DNA of 57,105 nucleotides from Octopus sinensis (GCF_006345805.1 NW_021835333.1:1-57105), one strand, 5' to 3'. Shown: positions 1 through 11,641, counted from the first letter of the stretch. Notes: generated from the sequence alone by a model not told the origin. Numbers and translations are program-made.

Positions 1-47
1 GGGTGCTCGTCTCATTTTCATTGTAAATATTACATTTTCATTTATGT

Positions 48-369
48 TTTACGTTCTGAGTTCAAATTCCGCCGAGGTCGACTTTGCCTTTCATCCTTTC
101 GGGGTCGATTAAATAAGTACCAGTTAGTCACTGGGGTCGATGTAATCGACTTAATCCGTTTGTCTGTCTTTGATTGTCCTCTCTGTGGCAGTAAAGAACT
201 AGGTATTTCGTCTGCCATTATGTTCTGAGTTCAAATTCCGCCGCGGTCGACTTTGCCTTTCATCCTTTCGGGGTCGATAAATAAAGTACCAGTTTCGCAC
301 TGGGTCGATGTAATAGACTTAATCCCTTTGTCTGTCTTTCTTTGTCCCCTTCTGGAAAATAAAGAAATA
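48..369 (+). mobile_element. SINE family A, headless dimer (two ~180-bp body+tail units)
   Basis: B-box-like gagttcaaattcc, body gcctttcatcctttcggggtcgat, tail ...aaagaa(ct/at)a; second unit restarts at ggtatttcgtctgcc (~202). Confidence 0.85.
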
Positions 370-437
370 TATTAACTCTTTGTCTTTCTTGAAAGAAACA
401 CTAGTTATTCTTGACGTATTTACATATACACACACAA

Positions 438-590
438 CGGTTTTCTTTCAGTTTCCGTCTACGAAATTTATTCACAAGCCATGGGCTGGGCCAGGATTTT
501 AGTAGCCGACACTTCCCCAAAGTACTGCGTAGTGGGACTGAACCCGAAAACTCGTAGTTGCCAAGCGAGCTTCCACATATGGTCACTCTT
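438..590 (-). mobile_element. SINE family B, degenerate 5' half
   Basis: Matches tttcagtttccgtctac...agtgggactgaaccc of the intact B copies (e.g. 40641-41058). Confidence 0.7.
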
Positions 591-850
591 ATAACTCACT
601 GACCGGGTTGTTCACTTGATCGAATAGCTGAAATATTCATCTTTAAAACCGTCGAAAATTCATACTTTTACGATTTGATTTTGTGACAAACAGCGGATAT
701 CAAAACCTTTATATTCGATAGTAGATGACAGTAATAGAACAGCTTAACCTCTTACGAAATTATTGGTGATCTTTATTTGATATGGTATGATATAGTATTC
801 TTTATTATAGGTTGAGTATATAACGTTCATTTCATGGGGTTTCAGGTCAG

Positions 851-1056
851 CATTCGATGGCCACGACGCTCGCTCTCAGCAGGAGAACTTGTAAAAACTT
901 TTAAGTTCTGGATATGGGTGAGCAAATTCACAAGGTGACCAATACACATAGATGGACACAATGGCTATAAGTTCTACACTCGCGGTTACTTCGCAGCATT
1001 CTAAAAGCCTCAGTGCAAAATTATCCCGATATACATAGCCACATGATACAAACCAG
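851..1056 (+). pseudogene. Decayed exon-like coding segment, copy 1 (unknown protein)
   Basis: Reads HSMATTLALSRRTCKNF*...HSRLLRSILKASVQNYPDIHSHMIQT; paralogous in frame to 3655-4409 with synonymous third-position changes; similarity ends at AG|GTACG donor-like site. Confidence 0.5.
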
Positions 1057-1106
1057 GTACGTTGAAAACATTTATTATATATCATTCATTATTTATTAAA
1101 CATATT

Positions 1107-1417
1107 GTTCTTGTTTGTTCCTTCTCGAGCCATGCCTGGCTCATTAGGGCCGGTTTCCCGGTTTCCTTGGCGTATTGGTTCCCCCATCTGGACGGGACGC
1201 CGGTCCGCCGCAGGTGAGCTGCAAGATGCAGGAGGAAAGAGTGAGAGAAAGTTGTGGCGAAAGAGTCAGCAGAAGTTTCGCCATTACCTTCTGCCGGAGC
1301 CGCGTGGAACTTAGGTGTTTCGCTCATAAACACACACATCGCCCGGTCTGGGATTCGAACCCGCGATCCCTCGACCGCGAGGTCCGCAACTCTAACCACT
1401 AGGCCATGTGCCCCAAC
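1107..1417 (-). mobile_element. SINE family C (tRNA head), tail type 1
   Basis: A box tggcctagtggttag and B box gggttcgaatccc on minus strand; 16-bp TSD atttattaaacatatt at 1091-1106 and 1418-1433. Confidence 0.9.
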
Positions 1418-1479
1418 ATTTATTAAACATATTTACTGTTTATTATTAAACATATTTGTTATTTATTATAAGCAGATTA

Positions 1480-1889
1480 GGATCCTTTCGGTTTGAACGG
1501 CAGTTTTTTCTAGCGGTGTCATATGAAATTGTCACCCATAATTATGACCCTAGTATCGATCTATTGATTCAATCTGTTTTAGGGTTAGGGTTGGTTAGGG
1601 TGGGGGGGAATAAGGGTATTTTTTCTTCACAAATGTACGTAAACCAATCTGTTTCTTAAACGAGGGACATATTCATACGGCACAGAATGTTTTTTGCATC
1701 AACAGAGGTCATTGATTGGTTGAAATTGAAGAAAAAAACAACAAATATCTTACAACCTATAGAATTTTCTCAATAAAGCCAAGAGAAAAAGATGTTTTAT
1801 AAACACATTCTACCAGTATACGAAATTTAAAATTTTTTAGTTACACCTAAAAATTATATTAAAAACTGCCGTTCAAACCAAAAAGATCC
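1480..1889 (+). mobile_element. hAT-type MITE family E, copy 1
   Basis: ~28-bp TIRs ggatc(c)tttcggtttgaacggcagtttt / aaaactgccgttcaaaccaaaaagatcc; same internal sequence as four other copies; no TSD visible here. Confidence 0.9.
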
Positions 1890-1973
1890 CAATAATATAG
1901 TTTTATATATATTATATATTTTTATACATTATTTACATTTGACGGATATTTGTCCTCATCTTGTTTGTTGTCA

Positions 1974-2017
1974 ACACAACGTTTCGGCTGATATAACCTC
2001 CAGCCTTCATCAGGTGT
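1974..2017 (-). ncRNA. Minimal type I hammerhead ribozyme (Penelope-like)
   Basis: acac-CTGATGA-a-ggctg(loop)cagcc-GAAA-cgtt-gtgt: intact core, stems I and II, palindromic AACGTT stem III. Confidence 0.85.
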
Positions 2018-2069
2018 CTTGGGGAAATTTCCAACCTGGGATCTCATTCTTAAGGTATTTTCGATGTTG

Positions 2070-2115
<46 letters not shown>

Positions 2116-2180
2116 GGGCACTGCCTGGAATCGAACTCGGAATCTTAAGAATGAGCTCCCAGATTGGAAATTTCCTCAAG

Positions 2181-2224
2181 ACACCTGATGAAGGCTGGAG
2201 GATATATCAGCCGAAACGTTGTGT
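2181..2224 (+). ncRNA. Minimal type I hammerhead ribozyme (Penelope-like)
   Basis: acac-CTGATGA-a-ggctg-gaggatatat-cagcc-GAAA-cgtt-gtgt. Confidence 0.85.
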
Positions 2225-2570
2225 TGACAGCAAACAAGATGAGGACAAATATCTGTCAAATGTAAATAATGTGCGTAACTCCTCATCTCTTAAATATAGA
2301 ACTATATATTGATATATATCCGAAAAACGGGATGGACGCTTTGATTTTGTTTTGGTGCCTCGCTCTGTCGTACACGACTATGAGGATTTGCATCCCCAAC
2401 ATAAAACTTATAATGTATTACATGTCCTTGAAGTAGAAATTGTACGCGGCTGAAGAAGGCATAGACACACATTTACTCAATTATGCATTGTATAAACCGT
2501 CTAATAAAGGCCCGAAGACATATGTACCGCTCAAATCCTTTGCATCATATTTTATTTTGATAAATATATT

Positions 2571-2602
<32 letters not shown>

Positions 2603-2606
<4 letters not shown>

Positions 2607-2883
2607 TTTATTCTTTTACTTGTTTCGCTCATTTTACTACGGCCATGCTGGAGCAATGCCTTGAAGATTTTTAGTCGAACAAATTGGCTCCAGGAATTAT
2701 TTTGTAAGCCTAGTATTTATTCCATCGGTTTCTCCTACCGAACTGCTAAGTTACGGAGATGTAAGCTCAGCAGCACCCGTTCTCAAGCGGTGATGGGAGA
2801 ACAAACACAGGCATAAACACACACACACATATATATATTCTTTTAGTTGTTTCAGTCATTTGACTGCGGCCATGCTGGAGCAC
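2603..2883 (-). mobile_element. SINE family B 3' half plus a second B tail
   Basis: Tail motif cttttacttgtttc...ggccatgctggagca occurs twice. Confidence 0.75.
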
Positions 2884-3039
2884 AGAGGTGGAGTGAGCCG
2901 TCGGTCAATCGTTCACTTCCCGAGGGCCCGGTGCTCTGAAGGGATTGCACTCTACATGTTAATTCTACTAAAACACACATTCAAAGGGGCCCGTTAAACA
3001 GTTATTTTCGAGTGCCCTTAATACTCTCAGTCTGCCCCT

Positions 3040-3555
3040 ACTGGAGCACCACCTTCAGTCGAACAAATAGACCCCAGGACTTATTCTTTGTAAGCCTAGT
3101 ACTTATTATATCTGTCTCTTTTGCTGAACCACTAAGTTCCGGGGACGTAAACACACCAGCATCGGTTGGCAAGCGATGTTGTGGGAACAAATACAGACTC
3201 AAATGTGTGTGTATGTGTGAGTGTGTGCAAATGTGTGTGTGGGTGTTCGATGTGCTTCTTTCACTTTCCGTCTACCAAATCCATTCACAAGTCTTTGGTC
3301 GGCCCGAGGTTATAGTGTGTTTGTGTGTGTGTGTGTGTGTGCATGTGTGTTTGTATATACATATATGTATGTATGCATGTATGTATAAACGTATATATTT
3401 ATATGTATATACGACGTGCTTCTTTCAGTTTCCTCTTTACCAAATCCACTCTCAAGGCTTTGGTCGGCTGGAAGCTATACAAGAACATACTTGACCAAGG
3501 TGCCACGCAGTGGGACTGAACCCGATACCATGTGGCTGGGAAGCAAGCTTATTGC
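3040..3555 (-). mobile_element. SINE family B, near full length, expanded internal microsatellite
   Basis: Tail, body (gtaagcctagtactta, ggggacgtaaacacaccagcatcgg) and head (agtgggactgaaccc) in the expected order. Confidence 0.85.
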
Positions 3556-3747
3556 CACGCCTGCACCCAAGTCACATATTAATTATTATTAAACATATTT
3601 ATTATCTATCATTAGTTGATTATACGACTTTGATTTTACAGAACTTGACGGCAGCATTCGTTGGCCAGGACGATCGCCCTCAGCAGGAGGACCTGTTAAA
3701 ACTTTTATTCAATCCTAGCTAAGTGTCCGAAAATGTTTTATATAATA

Positions 3748-4129
3748 CTAGCAGTATCGCCCGGCGTTGCTCAGGTTTGTAAGGGAAATAACTATAAAGC
3801 ATTTTTAGAGAGTTAGAGCCAAAAAATAGCAAAAAAATGGGGAAAATGAATGGGAAATATTTTTTGAGAGTTAAAAAGGTCGAGTTGCGTCCCCTGACAG
3901 TCTGTGGTTTGTGTTTTCTGATTCTCGACCCCATGTCGAATTTATCGATTTTTTCAGACGGGGGGACCTTTTCAAAATTTTCGCTTGCGTTAGTTTTGAA
4001 TTATGACATTGGGCTATGTGTGTGTCAAGTTTCATCAGAATCGGTTGAAAGCCGTGGTCAGGGTGAGGGTACAACCAAACAGACACACAGAAACACGCAC
4101 AGACAAACTGCCGTTTATATAGAGAGAGA
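3748..4129 (-). mobile_element. Non-autonomous Helitron
   Basis: Minus strand A|TCTCTCTCTATATAAACGGCAG...GC-rich hairpin...GATACTGCTAG|T, no TSD; second copy at ~16392-16765. Confidence 0.85.
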
Positions 4130-4251
4130 TAAAATTCTGTTGTTCACAATGTGGCCAATACACAGAGAGGGGCTGAGTGATATTAGGCTCAACATTCGCT
4201 CTTACTTCTCAGCATCCTGAAAGCTTGAATGCAAAATTATCCATATATATA

Positions 4252-4382
4252 CAGGGTGTCCCAAAAAAATGTATACACACCTTAAATAATTGTAAATTTG
4301 TTATTCTTTGTAAGACTAGTACTTATTCTATCGTTCTGTTTTGCCGAACCACTATGTGTATACATTTTTTTGGGACACTCTG
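4252..4382. mobile_element. 131-bp Tc1/mariner-type MITE containing a SINE-B fragment
   Basis: TIRs cagggtgtcccaaaaaaatgtatacaca / tgtgtatacatttttttgggacactctg, TA on both sides; empty site preserved in paralogue near 1030. Confidence 0.85.
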
Positions 4383-4589
4383 TATATATAACCACATGAT
4401 ACAAACCAGGTACGCTGTAGAGACTTATGGAAGAACAGTGGGGGGGGGGGGTAGAATCTGTCACCATTAATACCAGACATCATTTACAACCTAACATAAT
4501 TCTAGAATAAAATCAGAAAATAACAGCACCGCCACTACCACCGCCAGACCCCATCATGAGTAAGCCACAACACACGCGACACCTCAGCG

Positions 4590-4968
4590 TACACACATAC
4601 ATACATACGTACGTACACACATACATACATACGTACACACATACATACATACACACACATACATTCATACATACATACATACATACATACACTCATACAT
4701 ACATATACACATACACACACATATACATACACACATACACATACATACACACACACATACATACATACACATACACACACATACATACACACATACATTC
4801 ATACATACATACACACACATACATTCATACATACACACATACATACATACACACATACATACACACATACATTCATACATACATACACACATACATTCAT
4901 ACACACATACATACACACACACACACACATGCACATACATACATACATACATACACACACACACGTGT
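4590..4968. repeat. Compound (CATA)n/(CA)n microsatellite
   Basis: Direct reading. Confidence 0.95.
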
Positions 4969-6208
4969 GTGTGCGTAAACGTGTCACAAAAACCCCCACG
5001 ATACGTGCCCGCGACGCGTCTGCATTGCGAGCATTTCAAACGGATGACGACGCCGAGTGGGTCTTCAAAACGTTAATAGACTTCGAAAAGTTATTTGTCA
5101 GGATTAAACATAAAAGGACAAATAAGAAATCGTGAAAATACCTTACATAAAACGATTAAAATCGAACACAGTTGCGTCATCAAAACAAATATGTCTAGAA
5201 GAAAAGATGTTCGTGTTTATGTATACGCATGCTTCTACGCTCGCAGACATATATATATATATTATTACGCAGCCATATATATTATATACAAATATTATAT
5301 ATATATATAGAATATATATATATATATATATATACAATACACACACACTGTATATATATATATATATACAAATACCACACACACATGTATATATATATAT
5401 ATATACAAATACACACACATATGTATATATATATATAATATAATATATATATATATGTACATATACTTACATATATGTTATATATACGCACGCACACATA
5501 CATATGTGGCGTGTCTGTGTACAAATATAAGCATATAAATGGATATACATATTTAAATACATATACGTATACAGATATACACCCACACACACACACATAT
5601 TTATATATATGTGTGTGTATATATATGTATATATATATATGTGTATATATATATGTGTATATATATGTTTGTATATATGTATATATATATATATATATGC
5701 ATATATGCTTAGTCTAACCCACTTTTAATCATACATTACGTAACACTGCAGACTTAACTCCTTCCATCCATGATCCTCTCGTTCCACTTCAGCTGAGAGC
5801 AATATGTTATTTTATTTATTTACTGAAAGAAAAAAAAAAATCCCACTATAAAGGAAAACTAAGGAAAAGAACAAAATGTTTAGCGGAGCAGGACGGAATG
5901 TGAACACAGCCAGCGGGATTTGATCTTTTATATTAATATGACATAAAATATATTAAGGAAAATATATAAACTGACATAAGCAAATACACGAAAAGGACAA
6001 GAGAGAGACAGAGGCAAATATAAATATGGTGACAGAACGAGATGAGATGAAGTCATATATCCACACAAAAGCACAACGACAGCCTCAATTCATATATATA
6101 TATTATATATATATATCACAGATGTAAATATAGAGGTGTGATGACGCAAACATGTAAGTAAAATTCAAAATATGAGCATACACACACACGTATAATATAT
6201 ATATATTA

Positions 6209-6240
<32 letters not shown>

Positions 6241-6243
6241 GCG

Positions 6244-6405
6244 CAGGTGTGGTTTTGTGGTAAGAAGTTTCCCTACCAAAACTTAGTGTTTTGAGTTCAG
6301 TCCTACTGCGCTCGCACCTTGGGAAAGTGTCTTTTACCATAGCTTCGGTACGATCAAATCCTTGTGAGTAGATTTGGTAGACGGAAACTGAAAGAAACAC
6401 GTCAT
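6244..6405 (+). mobile_element. SINE family B, degenerate 5' half
   Basis: gtggtaag...gagttcagtcctactgcg...accttgggaaagtgtctt...gtagacggaaactgaaagaa. Confidence 0.75.
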
Positions 6406-6408
6406 GTG

Positions 6409-6442
<34 letters not shown>

Positions 6443-6710
6443 GATATATATATATATATATATCTATATATATATATATGGCTGATGATGCTCAACATTT
6501 TAAAACTGTTGTAGTACTTACAATATTTAACAAAATGATGTAGCGTGAAACGATCGTACCAAATTACCGAAGTTATTATTGTTGCTTATTTTTATATATA
6601 TATATATATAAGATCGTTATTTCAATATCAAACGTATCAAGTGGCAAGCATGGGAATAAAAACCTTCAAAGGTAATAATTATTATTAAAATCATAATTTA
6701 GGGTATTTAA

Positions 6711-6829
6711 GATACCAACACGCTTAAAATAGCAGCCAAAATTTGACTCTAAACCCACATTAAATGTTTTGAACTTTTAATGTGGGTTTAGAGTCATATT
6801 TTGGCTGCTATTTCAAGCGTGGTGGTATC
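6711..6829. repeat. Long inverted repeat (54-bp arms, 11-nt loop)
   Basis: 6711-6764 is the reverse complement of 6776-6829 with 3 mismatches. Confidence 0.9.
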
Positions 6830-6855
6830 TCTTAGATACGTCAAATCATAATTAT

Positions 6856-6893
<38 letters not shown>

Positions 6894-7353
6894 CAGGCGA
6901 AGCTCCAGCATGGCCTCAGTCAATTGGCTGAAACAAATAAAAGAACGATGCGTGTTTTTGTGCCCGTGTTTCTCCATTTTGACAACCGGATGCACAGAAG
7001 GACTGTCCGGGTTTAGTACAAAGTCAGAAGTGGGTGTAAAAGCCTCGAAAACCGACTCAGCAGGATTTTCCAGCTTCCTGATGGGTACCGACTGGTTTTC
7101 GCTAATGTTCCACTGCGGACATGGAGCAATCACAACGGATCGTCCAGATCGAATTTAGAGATAGAGTATATGTTAGGTCGGAGGATAGGGATACCATAGG
7201 TTGTCCACATTTTAAATTGGCGGTTACACAGATCACAAACTTGTGATATGCATATTCGATTTAAATAGGACTCGTAGGCAGGGGCCCGTTAACTGAAAGC
7301 TGAATATGGCCTTACCGGCTCGCAAAGATTACCGGGACCGGATTAGCGAACCA

Positions 7354-7412
7354 GTTTCGGCTGATATTCATTAGGTGTCTTGGGGAAATTTCGAACCTGG
7401 GTTCTCAATCCA
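7354..7412 (-). mobile_element. Fragment of the 1926-2302 pLTR family with internally deleted hammerhead
   Basis: tttcggctgata..ttcattaggtgtcttggggaaatttcgaacctggg matches 1982-2040 with most of stem II deleted. Confidence 0.75.
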
Positions 7413-7426
7413 ATATTTACAGGCTA

Positions 7427-7808
7427 GTGGAGGCGCAATGGCCCAGTGGTTAAGGCAGCGGACTCGCGGTCATAGGATCGCGGTTTCGATTCCCAGACCG
7501 GGCGTTGTGAGTGTTTATTGAGCGAAAACACCTAAAGCTCCACGAGGCTCCGGCAGGGGATGGTGGTGATCCCTGCTGTACTCTTTCACCACACTTACTC
7601 TCACTCAACTCTTACTTCCTGTTTCTGTTGTACCTGTATTTCAAAGGGCCGGCCTTGTCACTCTCTGTGTCACGCCGAATATCCCCCGAGGGTACACGTG
7701 TCTGTGGAGTGCTCAGCCACTTACACGTTAATTTCACGAGCAGGCTGTTCCGTTGATTCAGATCAACCGGAACCCTCGTCGTCGTAACCGACGGAGTGCT
7801 TCCATCCC
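7427..7808 (+). mobile_element. SINE family C, full length, tail type 2
   Basis: tggcccagtggtta / ggtttcgattccc boxes; 12-bp TSD atttacaggcta (7415-7426, 7809-7820). Confidence 0.9.
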
Positions 7809-7967
7809 ATTTACAGGCTATTGTTTTTAGTCATACGTGTGTGCTTCGAGATATGACATTCCAAAAATGAATTATTTCAAGATCTCTTGAACGTTTATAA
7901 AATGTTCATGACGTAGATCGTGAAACTGCATGTCGGAGTAAGTCTTTATATGATTTACATGTATATT

Positions 7968-8361
7968 TGAACGGCAGTTTTTTTTCTAGCGGTGTCATAT
8001 GAAATTGTCACCCATAATTATGACCCTAGTATCGATCTATTGCATTTCAATCTATTTTAGGGGTGGGGGGAAGGGTATCTTTTTTTCTTCAGAAATGTAA
8101 TTAAACCCAATCTGTTTCTTAAACGAGGGACATATTCATACGGCACAGAAAGTTCTCACCTCAACAGACGTCATTGATTGGTTGAAATTGCAGAAATTGA
8201 AGAAAAATAAACAGCAAATATCTTACAAGCTATAGAATTTTCTCAATAAAGCCAAGAGAAAAAGATGTTTTGTAAACACATTCTACAAGTATACGAAGTT
8301 TAAAAGTGTTTAGTTACGTGGAAATTATTTTAAAAAACTGCCGTTCAAACCGAAAAGATCC
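7968..8361 (+). mobile_element. hAT-type MITE family E, left end truncated
   Basis: Same body as 1480-1889; right TIR intact. Confidence 0.9.
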
Positions 8362-9297
8362 GAGGCACATTGAAACTCGGGGCATGCATCGACAGTTCAA
8401 CCAACACGCTAACTCAACCACATATTTACAAACACCGGGAACTCTCTCAACTCAAAAAGTATTTTCGCTTCCTTAGCAACCGACTTGGCTGATATTTTTT
8501 CTTACTTTTTTTTTTTTATTGCTGTTTAGCAGGTTTGGGTCTGGTTGTCATTCACTGCTGCATCAAACACCACTTCCGTTACGTAGTTGTTATGGACTTC
8601 CGCCAAGTGACAGGTAAGAGTCGTTTCTTTTTACTTTTAGTTTTTGGCAGCGACGAATTCTTTAATTTCTTTGCAGCACATGGCGTTTCATTATCTTATA
8701 CGTAGAATAATTTTCTTACGATCTATTTGTTTTTAAAAATATCCAATGTTTATAATTTCAGGTGTATATGTTATTTTAAATTCCGTATATATGTGTTTAT
8801 TCTATAAATTTAAGCGCAGCTTGTATTGCTCTGAAGTAACATTAAAAAGATATATTTCATTTTCTTTGTAATTAAGGCGTTTTATTTATGTTGAAATTTG
8901 AGTTAGTTTTTTCCCATGTCTCTTTTATATGGGGTGGAGGTGCACAATGAGGGGTTTTTAAATGCATTTTTTGGACTTGAGAAAATATATTTTACGTTCA
9001 TTACCTTACAAAAACTATATCAGGTAAGTAAATGACTTTCTCTAATTACATTAAAAACATTATACCATAATCTAAACATCATTTATTACCGCTCCCTTTG
9101 AGCATATAAAAAAGTCATTTAGCTGGGGCAAAATGAGTAAGGCGAGGTAAATTTGCCTCTTCAGTTCTTCAGAGTTAAATTTGAAAATATTCTCATACGC
9201 ATCGATATCCATCCATTGACATCAGAAAGATCTGAAGTGCAAGAAAAACAAATTTAAATATCTAGGTGAAATATAAGAAGATCATAGAAAAACGGCA

Positions 9298-9508
9298 TAC
9301 TCTTTTACTCTTTTCAGTCATGTGACTGTGGCCATGCTGGAGCAGCGCCTTTAGTCGATCAAATCGACCCCAGGACTTATTCTTTGTAAGCCTAGTACTT
9401 ATTATATCGGTCTCTTTTTCGCCGAACAGCTAAGTTACGTGGACGTAAACACACCAGCTTCGGTTGTCAAGCAATGTTGGGAGGGACAAACACAGACACA
9501 CAAACACG

Positions 9509-9550
<42 letters not shown>

Positions 9551-9701
9551 CGACGGGCTTCTTTCAGTTTCCGTCTACCAAATCCACTCACAAGGCTTTG
9601 GTCGGCCCGAGGTTATAGTAGAAGACACTTGCCCAAGGTGCCACGCAGTGGGACTGAACCCGGAACCATGTGGTTGGTAAGCAAGCTATTTACCACACAG
9701 C
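9298..9701 (-). mobile_element. SINE family B, near full length
   Basis: Tail to head colinear with 40641-41058. Confidence 0.9.
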
Positions 9702-10372
9702 ATGAAATTAACGAAAGTCGATTAAATAGAAAAACTCACGAAAATATTCTCTATAGTGAAAATTAACAAATTAAGAGATTTGTGTGAGAAAAAAAAATTG
9801 ACTCGGAATCCAACACCGAAAATTATTCAGGAAATTTTATCAGCAGCCTCAGTTACAGACGGGTGGAAAACTTTTCTTGGACAAAAAGTACCCGTCAATT
9901 ATGTTCCAAATTCTATCAACAGCGACAACTATGTTGATAAATTTGTACTCCTAAAGATAATACAACAGTACAAAGTGGTGAAGTAATACTTGCAATGTAA
10001 CGATTCTAAACAGGGAGGGAGAAAATAACAAGAAATCAGAAATTACTCATTTTGCCCCGGTTACTAATTTTGTCCCACATCTATAAAATTTTTTATTCAA
10101 TTTTAATTTAATGCTGCTTTATTTTACTTCTAATTTGTAATTCATTCCGTCAATTTATATAATAATATTGACTATATTTATATATATATATAGAGAGAGA
10201 GATAGATAGATCTGTGTATGTAAGTGGTAGGGCAAGTCCGATTATACATTAAATATAGGGGTGAGTGTTCATATATACTGTTGATACACCGATATGCTAA
10301 AGAAAATGACACGGAATAGTCAAAGCATATATATATATATACATATAGTATAGTATGGACTATATATATAGT

Positions 10373-10712
10373 GAAGGCGCATGGTTCAGTGGTTAGAGCG
10401 TCGATCTTACGACCGTGAGGCTGAGTTCGATTCCCGGACCGGGCTGCGCGTTGCGTTCTTGAGCAAGACACTTTATTTCACGTTGCTCCATTTCACTCAG
10501 CTGTACAAAATAAGTTGCGACGTCACTGATGCCAAGCTGTGATCGGCCCCTTTGCCTTTCCCTTGGATAACATCGGTGGCGTGGAGAGGGTAGGCCGTTA
10601 TCCATGGGCAACTGCTGATCTTCCATAAACAACCGTTTCCCGGACTTGTGCCTTGGAGGGTAACTTTCTAGATGTAATCCCATGGTCACTCGTGACTGGG
10701 GGGAGGGGGGGC
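10373..10712 (+). mobile_element. SINE family D (tRNA head, CORE-like central domain)
   Basis: tggttcagtggttagagc / gagttcgattccc; ttgagcaagacactttatttcacgttgctccatttcactcagctgta resembles the CORE domain; second copy at 23575. Confidence 0.85.
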
Positions 10713-11068
10713 TCCGTCCTCCGTGTGTATATATATTATAGACATTAATCTAAGCTTGTATTTTTTCCTTGTACTTTGTTCGAGGACGTTGCTTAAGGAA
10801 TATGCTGTTTCGCCAGCTTATATTAAACTTGTTTTGATATGGTTACATGTTTCCAATATTACATCGATTGAGAAGCAACATATCTAATTGTATATGTTCT
10901 GAGTTTTTTTGTAATAAGTTCTAGACTTGCCACTCCTTGGGTTGGTGTTAAGTAAAACATCGGTCCTTGAATTGTTCTTTCATCAGTAAGCTTATTTCGC
11001 TGGTTCTATTTTGTATTATAATTTTCGGATCACTGCATCTATTTTGTAAGTTGTTTTTGTTTTAAAGA

Positions 11069-11272
11069 TACTCTTTTACTTGTTTCAGTCATTTGAAAGT
11101 GGCCATGTTGGAGCACCGCCTTTAGTCGAGAAAATCGACCCCAGGACTAATTCTTTGTAAGCCTAGTACTTATTCTATCGGATATCTTTTGCCGAACCGC
11201 TAAGTTACGGGGACGTAAACACACTAGAATCGGTTGTCAAGCGATGTTGTGGGGGACAAACACAAACACACA

Positions 11273-11309
<37 letters not shown>

Positions 11310-11641
11310 TCATCGTTTAACGTCCGTTTTCCATGCTAGCATGGGTTGGACGATTTTGACTGAGGGCTGGCGAACCAGATTGCTGCACCAGGCTCCAATC
11401 TTGATTTGGCAGAGTTTCTACAGCTTGATGCCCTTCCTAGCGCCAACCACTCCGAGAGTGTAGTGGGTACTTTTTACATAAATACGACAGGCTTCTTTCA
11501 GTTTCCGTCTACCAAATCCACTCACAGGGCTTTGGTTGGCCCGAAGCTAAAGTAGAAGACACTTGCCCAAGGTGCCACGCAGTGGGACTGAACCCGGAAC
11601 CATGTGGTTCGTAAGCAAGCTACTTACCACATAGCCACTCC
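11069..11641 (-). mobile_element. SINE family B with nested insertion
   Basis: Full B structure with 11308-11478 inserted in its internal (TA)n. Confidence 0.9.
11308..11478 (-). mobile_element. 3' fragment of another retroposon ending in cggacgttaaacg(atg)n
   Basis: Non-B sequence with (GAT)n tail inside the B microsatellite; single copy in this window. Confidence 0.6.

Larger units (their letters stand above)
1926..2302. mobile_element. Penelope-type pLTR element as divergent inverted repeat, with tRNA B-box remnant
   Basis: Arms 1926-2053 and 2144-2272 are near-perfect reverse complements; spacer holds (TAT)n and the reverse complement of gagttcgattcc. Confidence 0.8.
3655..4409 (+). pseudogene. 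Decayed exon-like coding segment, copy 2, interrupted by a Helitron and a Tc1 MITE
   Basis: After removing 3748-4129 and 4252-4382 it reads HSLARTIALSRRTC*NF...HSLLLLSILKA*MQNYP..NHMIQT, colinear with 851-1056. Confidence 0.5.

Noticed and set aside
851-1056. Alternative genetic code (TGA=Trp or TAA=Gln) suggested by shared stops in other frames of the exon pair
   Set aside because: Those stops lie in shifted or antisense frames; the frame with the synonymous bias needs no recoding.
1579-1608. Telomere or chromosome-fusion site
   Set aside because: Only 2-3 TTAGGG units, and they are an internal part of a multicopy MITE.
7427-7500. Genuine tRNA genes at SINE heads (also 10373, 23575, 39091, 40641)
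   Set aside because: A and B boxes are present but there is no complete cloverleaf; each continues into a SINE body, several with TSDs.
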